64,000 nt of DNA from an uncultured Actinomycetota bacterium (lineage in GTDB: Bacteria > Actinomycetota > Actinomycetes > JAHEKZ01): positions 1 through 64,000 of the forward strand of contig CAVURN010000001.1 in the NCBI GenBank assembly GCA_963743915.1, written 5' to 3'. The notes under the pieces were generated by a model. The model ran no database searches. It saw nothing but the letters and a program-made list of their open reading frames with translations, and was not told the origin of the DNA. This document shows positions 49,553 through 60,236 of this stretch, one piece after another (within the stretch, counting starts at the first letter, position 1; each line of letters begins with the position of its first letter). Made by a program: the position numbers and the translations under genes.

Positions 49553-51061
49553 ATGACGAGTGAACCGCCGGCTGACGCGTCCTACTCCGAGCAGGAGCGG
49601 ATCCGACGGGGCAAGCTCGCCCGGATGCGTGCGGAGGGCCGTGACCCCTTCGCATTCGGCTACCCGCGGACCTCCGACGTCGCGACGCTGCGTGCGGACT
49701 ACCCGGACCTCGCACCGGACACCAGCACCGGCGACACCGTGGGAGTCACCGGACGCGTCGTGCTGAACCGGGTCAGCGGGAAGATCATCTTTGCCACGCT
49801 TCGCGAGGCCGGTGGAGACCTGCAGATCATGCTCACTCTCGACGGGAGTGGTGCCGACCTCCTCGAACGGTGGAAGGACGACGTCGACCTCGGTGACCAT
49901 GTCGGCGTGACCGGCGAGGTCATCACGTCCAGACGTGGTGAGCTCAGCGTGCTGGCGTCCGACTTCGCGATCACCAGCAAGTGCCTCCATCCGCTCCCGG
50001 AGAAGCACGCCGGGCTGTCCGACCCCGAGGCCCGGGTGCGTCAGCGCTACGTCGACCTGATCGTGCGACAGGAGGCGCGCGACATGGTCTACCTGCGGTC
50101 GGCGCTGGTTCGGTCGCTGCGGTCCACGCTGCACGAAGCCGGGTTCATCGAGGTCGAGACGCCGATGCTCCAGGTGATGCATGGTGGCGCCAACGCCCGG
50201 CCGTTCGTGACCCACATCAACGCCTATGACATGCCGCTGTACCTGCGGATCGCACCCGAGCTGTACCTGAAGCGGCTGCTGGTCGGGGGCGTCGAGAAGG
50301 TCTTCGAGATCAACCGCAACTTCCGCAACGAGGGCGCGGACTCCACCCACAACCCCGAGTTCACGATGCTCGAGATGTACGAGGCGTACGGCGACTACGA
50401 CACCATGCGGGTGCTCACGCAACGGCTCGTCCAGAACGCAGCCATCGACGTCTTCGGCGAGCCGGTGGCGCGTCGTGTCCAGTCGGACGGTTCGGTGCAG
50501 GAGGTCGACCTGTCGGGTGACTGGCCGGTCAGGACGATGATCGGGGCGCTGTCTGAGGCGCTCGGCGACGAGGTCGGGCTCGACACACCGGTCGAGAAGC
50601 TGCGCGCCTACTGCGCGCAGTTCGAGATCGAGGAACCGGCGGACGCCTCGGTGGGAATGCTGCTCGAGGAGCTTTACGTGGAACTTGTCGAGAGCAGGAC
50701 GACCGCACCGGTGTTCTACAAGGACTTCCCGAAGGAGAACGCTCCCCTCACCCGCGTCCACCGCGACGACCCCCGGTTGACCGAGAAGTGGGACCTCGTG
50801 GGTTGGGGTGCGGAGATGGGCACGGGATACTCCGAGCTGATCGATCCGCTCGACCAGCGGGAACGGTTCGTGCAGCAGGCGACACGTGCCGCGCGCGGGG
50901 ATGCCGAGGCCATGCGTCTCGACGAGGACTTCCTCCGGGCGCTGGAGCACGGGATGCCCCCTGCGGGCGGGCAGGGAATGGGCATCGACCGACTGGTGAT
51001 GACGCTCACCGGTCTCGGCGTCCGGGACACGATTTTGTTCCCGCTGGTGAAGCCCGAGTGA
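49553..51061 (+). CDS. lysS: Lysine-tRNA ligase (class II)
   Basis: [31 protein letters not shown]. Confidence 0.98.
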   Translation: MTSEPPADASYSEQERIRRGKLARMRAEGRDPFAFGYPRTSDVATLRADYPDLAPDTSTGDTVGVTGRVVLNRVSGKIIFATLREAGGDLQIMLTLDGSGADLLERWKDDVDLGDHVGVTGEVITSRRGELSVLASDFAITSKCLHPLPEKHAGLSDPEARVRQRYVDLIVRQEARDMVYLRSALVRSLRSTLHEAGFIEVETPMLQVMHGGANARPFVTHINAYDMPLYLRIAPELYLKRLLVGGVEKVFEINRNFRNEGADSTHNPEFTMLEMYEAYGDYDTMRVLTQRLVQNAAIDVFGEPVARRVQSDGSVQEVDLSGDWPVRTMIGALSEALGDEVGLDTPVEKLRAYCAQFEIEEPADASVGMLLEELYVELVESRTTAPVFYKDFPKENAPLTRVHRDDPRLTEKWDLVGWGAEMGTGYSELIDPLDQRERFVQQATRAARGDAEAMRLDEDFLRALEHGMPPAGGQGMGIDRLVMTLTGLGVRDTILFPLVKPE

Positions 51062-51558
51062 CGACCGTCGACATCCGTGAGGCGCGCACGTCCGACGTCC
51101 GCGCCATCCGTACGTTGATGGACGCCTACGCAGCCCACCGCATCCTGCTCTCGAAGGCGACGGTCACCCTCTTCGAGGACGTCCAGGAGTTCTACGTCGC
51201 CGAGGCTGACGGCGTCGTCGTCGGTTGCGGCGCGCTCCACGTCCTGTGGGAGGACCTCGCAGAGGTGCGGACGCTCGCGGTCGACGAGCAGCACCGGGGC
51301 CGTGGTATCGGCGACCTGCTGCTCCGCCGGCTGCTCCAGCAGGCACGTCACCTGGGCGTCGCGCGGGTCTTCTGCCTGACCTTCGAGGTGGACTTCTTCT
51401 CTCGGCACGGCTTCACCGAGATCGAGGGCGCACCGGTGTCCCACGACGTCTACGAACAGCTGCTCGAGTCGTACGACGAGGGTGTCGCGGAGTTCCTGGG
51501 ACTCGAACGGGTGAAGCCCAACACCCTGGGCAACGCCCGGATGCTCCTCGTCCTGTGA
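51058..51558 (+). CDS. argA: Amino-acid N-acetyltransferase (short GNAT ArgA type)
   Basis: GCGALHVLWEDLAEVRTLAV, FCLTFEVDFF, VKPNTLGN. Confidence 0.85.
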   Translation: MTTVDIREARTSDVRAIRTLMDAYAAHRILLSKATVTLFEDVQEFYVAEADGVVVGCGALHVLWEDLAEVRTLAVDEQHRGRGIGDLLLRRLLQQARHLGVARVFCLTFEVDFFSRHGFTEIEGAPVSHDVYEQLLESYDEGVAEFLGLERVKPNTLGNARMLLVL

Positions 51559-51634
51559 CCGCGACCGCGGGATGGGTGCGGCGAGCCCTTCGATCAACGA
51601 AGGCGGTGTCACAGGGCACCCCAAGGGGGGAGGG

Positions 51635-52123
51635 TCAGGCGTCGTCTTCGAGGGTCAGCGCCACCAGCTGCTTCTGGTACGCCTTGAGGTCGGGCGGGGA
51701 CTCCTCCCAGGGCTCGACCTGCGTGTAGCCACTGGTCTCGAAGAGCAGGATCGCCTCACTGAGGGCCTCGTAGACCTCGAGCCGGATGAACTCGAACCCT
51801 GCCACGGCGCCCGCACCCTCGAGAGCGGAGAGCAGCCGACGTCCGATGCTCCGGCCCCGCAGGACCTGGTTGACCCAGAGCCGCCGGATCTGACCGATCT
51901 TGGGCTCGACCTGGCGCAGCGACCCACAGCCGACGACGTTGTCGCGGTCGTCGAGTGCGACCACGAAGAAGTTCTTGCCGGAGTCCTCGCGGGCCTCCTG
52001 GGCGACGTCGATCTCGAGCACGTCGGCGCCGACGCGCTCGACCATCTCGTTGAGGAACTGGGTGACCGCCGCCTGGCTGCGCGGGTCGGTGGGATCGAGT
52101 GCCTCGATGCGGACCGATGTCAT
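51635..52123 (-). CDS. GNAT family N-acetyltransferase
   Basis: VVGCGSL...RRLWV...RGRSIGRRLL; TAGGGT-N7-ATG. Confidence 0.8.
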   Translation of the reverse strand: MTSVRIEALDPTDPRSQAAVTQFLNEMVERVGADVLEIDVAQEAREDSGKNFFVVALDDRDNVVGCGSLRQVEPKIGQIRRLWVNQVLRGRSIGRRLLSALEGAGAVAGFEFIRLEVYEALSEAILLFETSGYTQVEPWEESPPDLKAYQKQLVALTLEDDA

Positions 52124-52342
52124 GCCCAGAACCCTATGACCTGGAGACCGCGTCGCCCGCGCAGGGCGCGCCCGGCGGCACGCCTGCCGTGGTGGGCCGG
52201 TCCCGCGGGTGGGTGGAATTCCGCCCGCACCTTTGTGCCACAATTCGTCCATTCCAAGACGTGAATTAGCCACTGGAATGCAAATTCCCATTCTGGCGTG
52301 GCTGATTGCACATTGATCCGAACCGACGAAAGCAGGCGGGAA

Positions 52343-52675
52343 ATGGCGCAGAAAGTCCAGGTCGTGCTCATCGACGACATCGACGGGGGCCCGGCCGACG
52401 AGACCATCCGCTTCGCCCTCGACGGCACCACCTACGACATCGACCTGTCCAGCGGCAACGCGGCGCGACTGCGGGCCGCCCTCGCCGAGTTCGTCGGCCA
52501 CGCCCGTAGGGCCTCGTCGCGTCCGACCGGACGCCGCTCGCGCGCCGGAGCGGGCGGCAGGAGCGCAGAGATCCGGGCGTGGGCGAAGCAGCAGGGGCTG
52601 GCGGTCAACGAGCGTGGACGCATCCCGGCCGAGCTCGCGGCCAAGTTCGACGCTGCCCACCAGGCCGCGCAGTGA
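52343..52675 (+). CDS. lsr2: Nucleoid-associated protein Lsr2
   Basis: MAQKVQVVLIDDIDG...YDIDL...IRAWA...RGRIP. Confidence 0.97.
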   Translation: MAQKVQVVLIDDIDGGPADETIRFALDGTTYDIDLSSGNAARLRAALAEFVGHARRASSRPTGRRSRAGAGGRSAEIRAWAKQQGLAVNERGRIPAELAAKFDAAHQAAQ

Positions 52676-52692
52676 TCGTGGTCAGGGACTTC

Positions 52693-52706
52693 GTTCGCTG
52701 ACGGCG
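52693..52706 (+). promoter_or_regulatory. ClgR-type binding site upstream of clpC
   Basis: GTTCGC-N5-GCG. Confidence 0.65.
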
Positions 52707-52728
52707 TAGGACCACCCGTTCGGGCTAC

Positions 52729-52754
52729 GGAACGCCAGGCCACGAGCCGACGTT
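52729..52754 (+). promoter_or_regulatory. SigH/SigR-type ECF promoter upstream of clpC
   Basis: GGAAC-N17-CGTT. Confidence 0.7.
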
Positions 52755-52889
52755 GAAGTGAGAACGTCACTCGGATGCCCCTCGGCTCCGCGTGGAGAAC
52801 TCGCCTGCTGCGCAGCGCGGGCTAGCATCGAACAGGTCGACGTCCGACGGCGATCTGCGACCGAGTACCACCCAGAAGGAGACGCGCAG

Positions 52890-55433
52890 ATGTTCGAGAG
52901 GTTTACCGACCGCGCCCGACGGGTGGTCGTGCTGGCCCAAGAAGAGGCCCGCATGCTCAACCACAACTACATCGGCACCGAGCACATCCTGCTCGGGCTG
53001 ATCCACGAGGGCGAGGGCGTGGCCGCGAAGGCGCTCGAGTCACTCGGGATCTCGCTGGAGGCGGTCCGTCAGCAGGTCGAGGAGATCATCGGCCAGGGAC
53101 AGCAGGCACCCTCGGGGCACATCCCCTTCACGCCCCGCGCCAAGAAGGTGCTCGAGCTCTCACTGCGTGAGGCGCTGCAGCTGGGGCACAACTACATCGG
53201 CACCGAGCACATCCTGCTCGGGCTCATCCGCGAGGGTGAGGGTGTTGCGGCGCAGGTGCTCGTCAAGCTGGGCGCCGACCTCAACCGGGTGCGTCAGCAG
53301 GTGATCCAGCTGCTCTCCGGCTACCAGGGCAAGGAGCCGGCCACGGCGGGCGGACCGCAGGGCGAGAGTGCCCCGTCGTCGTCCCTGGTCCTGGACCAGT
53401 TCGGACGCAACCTCACGCAGGCTGCCCGGGAGAACAAGCTCGACCCGGTCATCGGGCGTGAGAAGGAGATCGAGCGGGTCATGCAGGTGTTGTCCCGCCG
53501 CACCAAGAACAACCCGGTGCTGATCGGTGAGCCCGGAGTCGGCAAGACGGCGGTGGTGGAAGGTCTGGCCCAAGCGATCGTCAAGGGCGAGGTCCCGGAC
53601 ACCCTCGAGAACAAGCAGCTCTACACACTGGACCTCGGCGCCCTCGTCGCGGGCAGCCGCTACCGGGGTGACTTCGAGGAGCGGCTGAAGAAGGTGCTCA
53701 AGGAGATCCGCACACGCGGCGACATCATCTTGTTCATCGACGAGATGCACACGCTCGTCGGTGCCGGCGCGGCCGAAGGTGCCATCGACGCCGCCAGCAT
53801 CCTCAAGCCCATGCTGGCGCGTGGTGAGCTGCAGACGATCGGCGCCACCACGTTGGACGAGTACCGCAAGTACGTCGAGAAGGACGCAGCGCTCGAGCGG
53901 CGGTTCGCCCCGATCCAGGTGGACGCCCCGGACGTGGACATGACGGTCGAGATCCTGCTGGGCCTGCGTGACCGCTATGCAGCGCACCACCGCGTCAACA
54001 TCACCGATGAAGCCATCAAGGCTGCGGCGCGCCTGGCAGATCGCTACATCTCCGACCGTCAGCTGCCCGACAAGGCGATCGACTTGATCGACGAGGCCGG
54101 TTCCCGGCTGCGCATCCGCCGCATGACGGCTCCGCCGGATCTGCGCGAGTACGACGAGCGCATCGGTGACGTCCGCCGTGAGAAGGAGGCGGCGATCGAC
54201 GCCCAGGACTTCGAGAAGGCGGCGTCACTGCGCGACCAGGAGAAGCAGCTGCTGGGTGAGCGCGCCCAACGCGAGCGCGAGTGGCGCAGTGGCGGCATGG
54301 ACACCATGCCGGACGTCGACGAGAAGCTCATCGCCGAGGTCGTCGGTCTCATGACGGGGATTCCCGTGTCGGACCTGTCCGAGGACGACGCCAAGCGCCT
54401 CATGCGCATGGAAGAGGAGCTGCACAAGCGGGTCGTCGGTCAGGAGCAGGCGATCAAGTCGCTGTCGAAGGCGATCCGCCGCACCCGCGCCGGGCTGAAG
54501 GACCCCAAGCGCCCCTCGGGCTCCTTCATCTTCGCCGGACCGTCCGGCGTCGGGAAGACCGAGCTGTCCAAGGCCCTGACCGAGTTCCTGTTCGGCGACG
54601 AGGACGCGCTCATCGCCCTCGACATGAGCGAGTACAGCGAGAAGCACACGGCGTCTCGACTCTTCGGCTCGCCCCCCGGCTACGTCGGGTACGAAGAGGG
54701 TGGCCAGCTGACCGAGAAGGTGCGGCGCAAGCCGTTCTCGGTGGTGCTCTTCGACGAGGTCGAGAAGGCGCACCCGGACATCTTCAACTCGCTGCTGCAG
54801 GTGCTCGAAGAGGGACGCCTCACCGACGCCCAGGGTCGCACGGTGGACTTCAAGAACACCGTGATCATCATGACCACGAACCTCGGCAGCCGTGATGTCT
54901 CCAAGGGCGTCAACCTCGGGTTCGCGGCCAGCGGCGACACCACGACGGCGTACGAGGCCATGAAGTCGAAGGTGCAGCAGGAGCTCAAGCAGAACTTCCG
55001 TCCGGAGTTCCTCAACCGCATCGACGACATCATCGTCTTCCACCAGCTGAGCGAGGAAGAGATCGTCAGCATCGTCGACCTGATGGCGGCCAAACTCGAG
55101 GAGCGCCTGAAGGACAAGGACATGGCGATCGAGCTGACCACCCCGGCCAAGCTGCTGCTCGCGAAGAAGGGCTACGACCCGGTGCTCGGAGCACGGCCGC
55201 TGCGTCGCACCCTGCAGCGCGAGCTCGAGGACCAGCTCTCCGAGCAGATCCTGTTCGGTGAGCTCACCCCCGGCTCGATCGTGGTCGTCGACGTCGAGGG
55301 TGAAGGCGAGTCGGCGACGTTCACCTTCAAGAGCGAGCCCCGCGCCACGCTGCCCGACCACCCTGATCTGACGGCGGTCGAGGCTGCGGGCGAGCTGGGG
55401 GACGCGGGAGCGGCGGCCACCAGCGACGACTAG
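52890..55433 (+). CDS. clpC: ATP-dependent Clp protease ATP-binding subunit ClpC
   Basis: [12 protein letters not shown]-domain; two AAA modules ([16 protein letters not shown]). Confidence 0.98.
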   Translation: MFERFTDRARRVVVLAQEEARMLNHNYIGTEHILLGLIHEGEGVAAKALESLGISLEAVRQQVEEIIGQGQQAPSGHIPFTPRAKKVLELSLREALQLGHNYIGTEHILLGLIREGEGVAAQVLVKLGADLNRVRQQVIQLLSGYQGKEPATAGGPQGESAPSSSLVLDQFGRNLTQAARENKLDPVIGREKEIERVMQVLSRRTKNNPVLIGEPGVGKTAVVEGLAQAIVKGEVPDTLENKQLYTLDLGALVAGSRYRGDFEERLKKVLKEIRTRGDIILFIDEMHTLVGAGAAEGAIDAASILKPMLARGELQTIGATTLDEYRKYVEKDAALERRFAPIQVDAPDVDMTVEILLGLRDRYAAHHRVNITDEAIKAAARLADRYISDRQLPDKAIDLIDEAGSRLRIRRMTAPPDLREYDERIGDVRREKEAAIDAQDFEKAASLRDQEKQLLGERAQREREWRSGGMDTMPDVDEKLIAEVVGLMTGIPVSDLSEDDAKRLMRMEEELHKRVVGQEQAIKSLSKAIRRTRAGLKDPKRPSGSFIFAGPSGVGKTELSKALTEFLFGDEDALIALDMSEYSEKHTASRLFGSPPGYVGYEEGGQLTEKVRRKPFSVVLFDEVEKAHPDIFNSLLQVLEEGRLTDAQGRTVDFKNTVIIMTTNLGSRDVSKGVNLGFAASGDTTTAYEAMKSKVQQELKQNFRPEFLNRIDDIIVFHQLSEEEIVSIVDLMAAKLEERLKDKDMAIELTTPAKLLLAKKGYDPVLGARPLRRTLQRELEDQLSEQILFGELTPGSIVVVDVEGEGESATFTFKSEPRATLPDHPDLTAVEAAGELGDAGAAATSDD

Positions 55434-55444
55434 CTGCTGGCGGC

Positions 55445-56326
55445 TCAGGGCAGCCGGTACGCCCCGGCGGTCCCCTTCACGACCAGACCGTCGGCGAGCA
55501 GGCTGGTCAAGGCTCGGGTCCGCTGGGCGTCGTCGTCCCACGCCGCGTCGAGTGCTTCCTGCGTCACCTGCCCCTCGGCGTCCCGGAGCACAGACAGCAG
55601 CCGTCCACGGCATTGCCGGTCGGTCCCGGCATAGCTCTGGCCACGGCGGGCAGCTCCGTCCCATGCCGGGGACCCGGCTGCGCGCCAGGCGCACCGCGAG
55701 CTGATCGGACACGTGTCACACGCGGGCGCCCGCGCCGTGCACACCAGTGCTCCGAGCTCCATGAACGCGATCGACGCGCGCGCCGCGTCGAGGGGCGACG
55801 ACGGCAGCAGATCCAGGGCGCGCTGACGCTCAGGTGAGGTGACCGTCGCCGAGCGAGGGTGCATGGAGCCGTCGAGCCAGCGGGCGTGCACGCGTCGCAC
55901 GTTGGTGTCGAGCACCGGCTGCCGCTGACCGAAGGCGAACGCCGCGACCGCTGCTGCCGTGTACTCCCCGACGCCAGGAAGCGATCGGAGCTCGGCCACG
56001 TCCGCCGGGACCCGGCCGGAGAAGCGCTCGACGCAGACCTGGGCTGCGGCGTGCAGCCGGAGTGCGCGACGGGGATACCCCAGTCGCCCCCACATGCGTA
56101 CGGCGTCGCCCGGTGCGTCCGCGGCGAGGTCGGCCGGCCGGGGCCAGCGCCGCATCCACGCGTCGTACGCGGGCAGGACGCGGGCCACCGGCGTCTGCTG
56201 CAGCATCACCTCGCTGACCAGGACGCCCCACGGGTCGGGTTCAGACCTCCACGGCAGGGTGCGCGCAGCCGTGTCGTACCAGCGCACGAGTGCGGCGACG
56301 GCAGCGCTGTGGTCGTCCGGGCTCAT
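55445..56326 (-). CDS. mutY: A/G-specific adenine glycosylase
   Basis: SEVMLQQT, LGYPRRA, HhH LPGVGEYTA, 4Fe-4S motif C-x6-C-x2-C-x5-C. Confidence 0.95.
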   Translation of the reverse strand: MSPDDHSAAVAALVRWYDTAARTLPWRSEPDPWGVLVSEVMLQQTPVARVLPAYDAWMRRWPRPADLAADAPGDAVRMWGRLGYPRRALRLHAAAQVCVERFSGRVPADVAELRSLPGVGEYTAAAVAAFAFGQRQPVLDTNVRRVHARWLDGSMHPRSATVTSPERQRALDLLPSSPLDAARASIAFMELGALVCTARAPACDTCPISSRCAWRAAGSPAWDGAARRGQSYAGTDRQCRGRLLSVLRDAEGQVTQEALDAAWDDDAQRTRALTSLLADGLVVKGTAGAYRLP

Positions 56327-56389
56327 CCTGGCCATCGTGGCATGCCCGCAAACGGCACGCCGATCCGTCGACAGCCCTAGGCTGGCCAC

Positions 56390-57022
56390 GTGGTGCTCCG
56401 TCCTGTCGGCGACCTGCCGGCCAGCGTGTACTGGGTCAGGCGGCTGCTGCTCCTCCTCGTCGTGGTCGTGGTGGTGGCCCTCGGGTGGTGGCTGCTGCCC
56501 TTCGGCGATGACGGCAACGACACCACCACGACCCCGGCCTCGGTGTCCTCGGTGTCACCCACGCCGACGCCCAGCAAGACGAAGTCGCCCAAGCCTGAGC
56601 CGTCGGAGACGCCCACGAAGACCGAGGCCGTCGCACCGGACTGCCCCGACTCTGCGATCGCCGTCACCGTCGAGTCCGATGCCGAGACCTATCCGGCAGG
56701 CCGGTCGCCCAGCTTCACCCTCGCGGTCGAGAACGTCTCGAAGGAGACGTGCACCCGGGACGTGGGACAGTCGGCGAACGAGCTGCGGGTCACCTCCGGC
56801 GGAGCCCAGATCTGGTCCTCCGACGACTGCAACCCCGGTGGCGCCTCGGATCCGTCAGAGCTCGACCCGGGAGACCGCTTCGTCCAGACGGTGCCGTGGC
56901 CGCGTGAGGAGTCCCAGCCGGATTGCCCGACACCGCCGGAGACGGCACCACCGGGGACGTACCAGGTGGTCGCCCGCAACCTCGAGATCCTCAGTGAGCC
57001 GGTGGCCTTCGTGCTGGAGTGA
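56390..57022 (+). CDS. Membrane-anchored Rv3587c-like protein, leaderless
   Basis: PVGDLPASVYWVRR, one TM segment, IWSSDDC; TAGGCT-N6-GTG; synteny between mutY and disA. Confidence 0.85.
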   Translation: MVLRPVGDLPASVYWVRRLLLLLVVVVVVALGWWLLPFGDDGNDTTTTPASVSSVSPTPTPSKTKSPKPEPSETPTKTEAVAPDCPDSAIAVTVESDAETYPAGRSPSFTLAVENVSKETCTRDVGQSANELRVTSGGAQIWSSDDCNPGGASDPSELDPGDRFVQTVPWPREESQPDCPTPPETAPPGTYQVVARNLEILSEPVAFVLE

Positions 57023-57135
57023 CGTTGCCGCGGCGGGCTCGCGGTGATGGGCGCACGCTCAAGGTCCGTCCCGTTCCAGACGACATCTGTCTGTACATGA
57101 GACGGCGCTCGGTGACGCCGTTGGCGGGAGGACCG

Positions 57136-58359
57136 GTGCCGGCGTCACACGCATCCCACGACACGGGGACGGTGGGGGCTGCACCTCGTGGCGCCCCGGT
57201 GGTGGTCGCGGTCGTGGCCGGCACCCGCACCCGGATCAAGGTGCTTGAGAAGCTGCTCAACCAGCCCGGACTCATCGTCTGCGGCAGCGCCCAGGAGCCG
57301 GTCGCGGCCGAGGAGCTCGTCGTCGCCTCCCAGCCGGCCGCCGTCCTGCTCGATCTCGACCTCTGGAGCGGCGGGTTGGAGGCCATCGAGCGGATCATGG
57401 CGACCCGCGCCACTCCGATCGTGGTCATCGGACCTGCCGCTGAGCACCCGGAGGCCGCCATCGCCGCAGGGGCGGTCGACGTGGTCGGCGCCCTGGACGT
57501 CGCACCGGGCTCCGCCGAGTACTCGACCATGGTGATGCGTCATCTCAAGATCGCCAGTCGGGTCAGGGTGATCACCCATCCCCGCGGCCGGCTTCGTGGA
57601 CGCGGCCTGCGCGGCGCGGCGACGCCACCGATTCCCACCCGCCCGCCCGAGCCCGTCGGCGCCGTCGTCGAACCCGATCAGCCTGGCTCGCGCCCCACGA
57701 ACCTCGCACCGGAACGCGTCCGCCGCCATATGGCGCAGCGACCTCGCACGGTCGCCCCGCGGCAGGGACCATTGGTGGTCGCCATCGGTGCATCCACCGG
57801 CGGGCCGCCGGCACTCGCGACGATCCTCGCCGAGATCCCGCCGGAGCTGCCGGCCGCCGTGGTGGTGGTGCAGCACATGGCGGAGGGATTCGTCGAGGGC
57901 CTGGCCCGCTGGCTCGACGGCGTCTGCCCCTTGCCGGTCGTGGTCGCGGTCGAGGGGGAACGTCTGCAGCCCGGCCAGGTGTATCTGGCGCCGGCCAACC
58001 AGAACCTGGTCGTGCGCCCGGGCTTCCGGGTGGGGCTCACCGACCCCCCTCCCGGCCAGTACCACGTTCCCGGCGTCGACGTCACCTTCCGTTCGGTGGC
58101 GCAGGTGTCGGGGCAGTACGCGGTCGCCGCCCTGCTCACCGGGATGGGACGTGACGGCGCCGCCGGGTTGAAGGTCCTGCGCGACATCGGCGCCTTCACG
58201 ATCGGGCAGGACGAGTCGACGAGCGTGGTGTGGGGCATGCCCGCGGCCGCACAGGAGGTCGACGCGGTCGACCTCGAGCTGCCGCTCCCCGCGATCGGGC
58301 AGGCGATCGTCACGGCCGTCCAGCACGCCGTCGACGATGTGGTGGAGGTCGGGTCGTGA
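57136..58359 (+). CDS. cheB: CheB-type methylesterase with a degenerate receiver domain
   Basis: GASTGGP, VVQHM, LLTGMGRDG and QDE.TSVVWGMP motifs; GGAGG RBS before GTG 57136. Confidence 0.9.
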   Translation: MPASHASHDTGTVGAAPRGAPVVVAVVAGTRTRIKVLEKLLNQPGLIVCGSAQEPVAAEELVVASQPAAVLLDLDLWSGGLEAIERIMATRATPIVVIGPAAEHPEAAIAAGAVDVVGALDVAPGSAEYSTMVMRHLKIASRVRVITHPRGRLRGRGLRGAATPPIPTRPPEPVGAVVEPDQPGSRPTNLAPERVRRHMAQRPRTVAPRQGPLVVAIGASTGGPPALATILAEIPPELPAAVVVVQHMAEGFVEGLARWLDGVCPLPVVVAVEGERLQPGQVYLAPANQNLVVRPGFRVGLTDPPPGQYHVPGVDVTFRSVAQVSGQYAVAALLTGMGRDGAAGLKVLRDIGAFTIGQDESTSVVWGMPAAAQEVDAVDLELPLPAIGQAIVTAVQHAVDDVVEVGS

Positions 58360-59826
58360 TCGCCCGGGTCCTCACCGAGGAGGAGTACGAGCGGACGACG
58401 CAGACGCTTGTGCGTCTGGCTGGTCTCGTCTTCGACGTCAGCCGGCGTGGGGCGATCAGTGCGATCCTGCACGAGCGCCTGGAGGCGACCGGTCACCCCT
58501 CCGTGGACTCGTACCTGGCGCACGTCGAGTCATCGTTGGGACTCGAGGAGCGGCAGCAGCTGCTGGACGCGGTGACGATCCAGGAGACGCACTTCTTCCG
58601 CAACCTCCCGCAGATGGAGGCGCTCCGCCGGGACGTGCTTCCCGATCTGCTCAAGCGGAACCGCAGCACGGGGCGTCCGCTGACGATCTGGTCGGCCGGA
58701 TGCTCGACGGGTGAGGAGCCGTACACGCTGGCCATGCTCCTCGTCCAGCTGTTCGAGGAGACCGGTCCGTTCCCCGTTCGCATCGTCGGCACGGACGTGT
58801 CCGCCGCGGCGCTGGACGTGGCACGCGCGGGTGTCTACAGCGGCCGGACGATCCACCTGGCGGAGCCGGGCGCGGTGGACCGGTGGTTCGATGCCCGTCC
58901 GGACGACAGCTTCTCGGTGGCGCAACCGGTTCGTGACCTCGTCGAGTTCCGGCTGCAGAACCTGGTCGCGGACGAGCCGCCGTTCGGGCCCGGTGAGGTC
59001 GACCTGGTCGTGTGCCGCAACGTGACGATCTACTTCGGGCGCGAGACGACCCGTCGCCTGGTCGACGGCTTCCACCGGCTTCTGACGCCAGGGGGCTACC
59101 TGCTGCTCGGCCACGCCGAGACGCTGTGGCAGATCTCCGACTCCTTCAGCCTCGCTTCCGGTCGGCGAGGCGTTCGTCTACCGCAAGGAGGTGCAGGCGT
59201 CGCCCGGCAGAACGCCCTCGGTGCCGGCGGCTGCGCCCGGCGCCGCCCCTCGTCCGACTGCTCCGCGCCGGGTGATGCGCGATGTGCTCCGGGTCCCTGG
59301 TCTGCGGCCGAAGCGTGCGCCGGAGCCCGCACGTCCCGTGGCACCCCCGATCAGCTCGATCCCCTCCCCGCTCGAGGACCTGATCAGAGCGCGCGAGGCG
59401 TTGGCTGCCGGCAGCTACGCCGAAGCCGCGACGCTGGCCGACCGGGCGACCGCGACACACCCTCTGCTCGTCGAGGGCTACATCATCGAAGGCCGTGCGC
59501 TCGCCAACCAGGGGGATGACGACGGTGCCATCGCCGCACTGCGCAAGGCCGTCTTCCTCGACCCCACGGCGGCACATGCTCACTTCCTGCTGGCCACGAC
59601 GCTCTCGCGCGTCGGCGATCCGGCCGGGGCGGCACTGTCGTTCGCCGCCGCTGCCGAGACACTGCCGTCCGCCTCGCCGGAGACGCTGACCGAGCTGCTT
59701 GATGGTCGTGCCGTCTCCGATTTGGTAGACCTGTGTCGTCAGCTCGCCGTCAGCCTGCAGCCGCCACCGAAGCCCTCGGTCGGCGTGGGGACGGTTGCCT
59801 CGGAGATCGGACGGAGATCGGTGTGA
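58356..59826 (+). CDS. cheR: CheR methyltransferase with C-terminal TPR domain; frameshift near 59155
   Basis: ETHFFR, WSAGCSTGEEPY, CRNVTIYF and LLGHAE motifs; TPR (ALRKAVFLDP..AHAHF) in ORF 59191..59826. Confidence 0.9.
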
Positions 59827-60236
59827 GCGGCTACATCACGTTCCGCATGAATGGCCGAGACCTCGCCTGTCCGCTGGACGAGGTGCGCGAGGTCGTGCGC
59901 GCGGTGGGCATCGAGCCGCTGCCCGGTACCCGGGCGCCGGTGAGCGGGATGATCGAGCTGCGCAACGACCCGCTGCCTGTGGTCGACCTCCGGTCGGACG
60001 CCTACCCGGGCGAGGAGGGCGACGTCCTCGTCCTCAATCCTGCCGAGGGCGGGATGTACGGCGTCGCCGTGGACCGCGTGCTTGCCGTGGTCAGCGACGA
60101 CGACCTGGTGGCCGACGAGGCGGCGACGCCGGCCGGGCTGCCGCCCTACGTGACCCAGGTCCTCCGGCGGCCGGAGGACAGGGCGCCTGTGATGCTGGTG
60201 GCCCTGCGCGTGCTGGCCGGCCTCGAGGCGTCCTAG
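59823..60236 (+). CDS. cheW: CheW-like adaptor protein
   Basis: VREVV...PLPG...GMIELR..PLPVVDL...GVAVDRV. Confidence 0.85.
   Translation: MSGYITFRMNGRDLACPLDEVREVVRAVGIEPLPGTRAPVSGMIELRNDPLPVVDLRSDAYPGEEGDVLVLNPAEGGMYGVAVDRVLAVVSDDDLVADEAATPAGLPPYVTQVLRRPEDRAPVMLVALRVLAGLEAS

Noticed and set aside
29274-55712. Long antisense or alternate-frame ORFs (e.g. 29274..30773, 35016..36818, 39866..42097, 54225..55712)
   Set aside because: These are shadow ORFs typical of high-GC coding DNA opposite well-supported genes.
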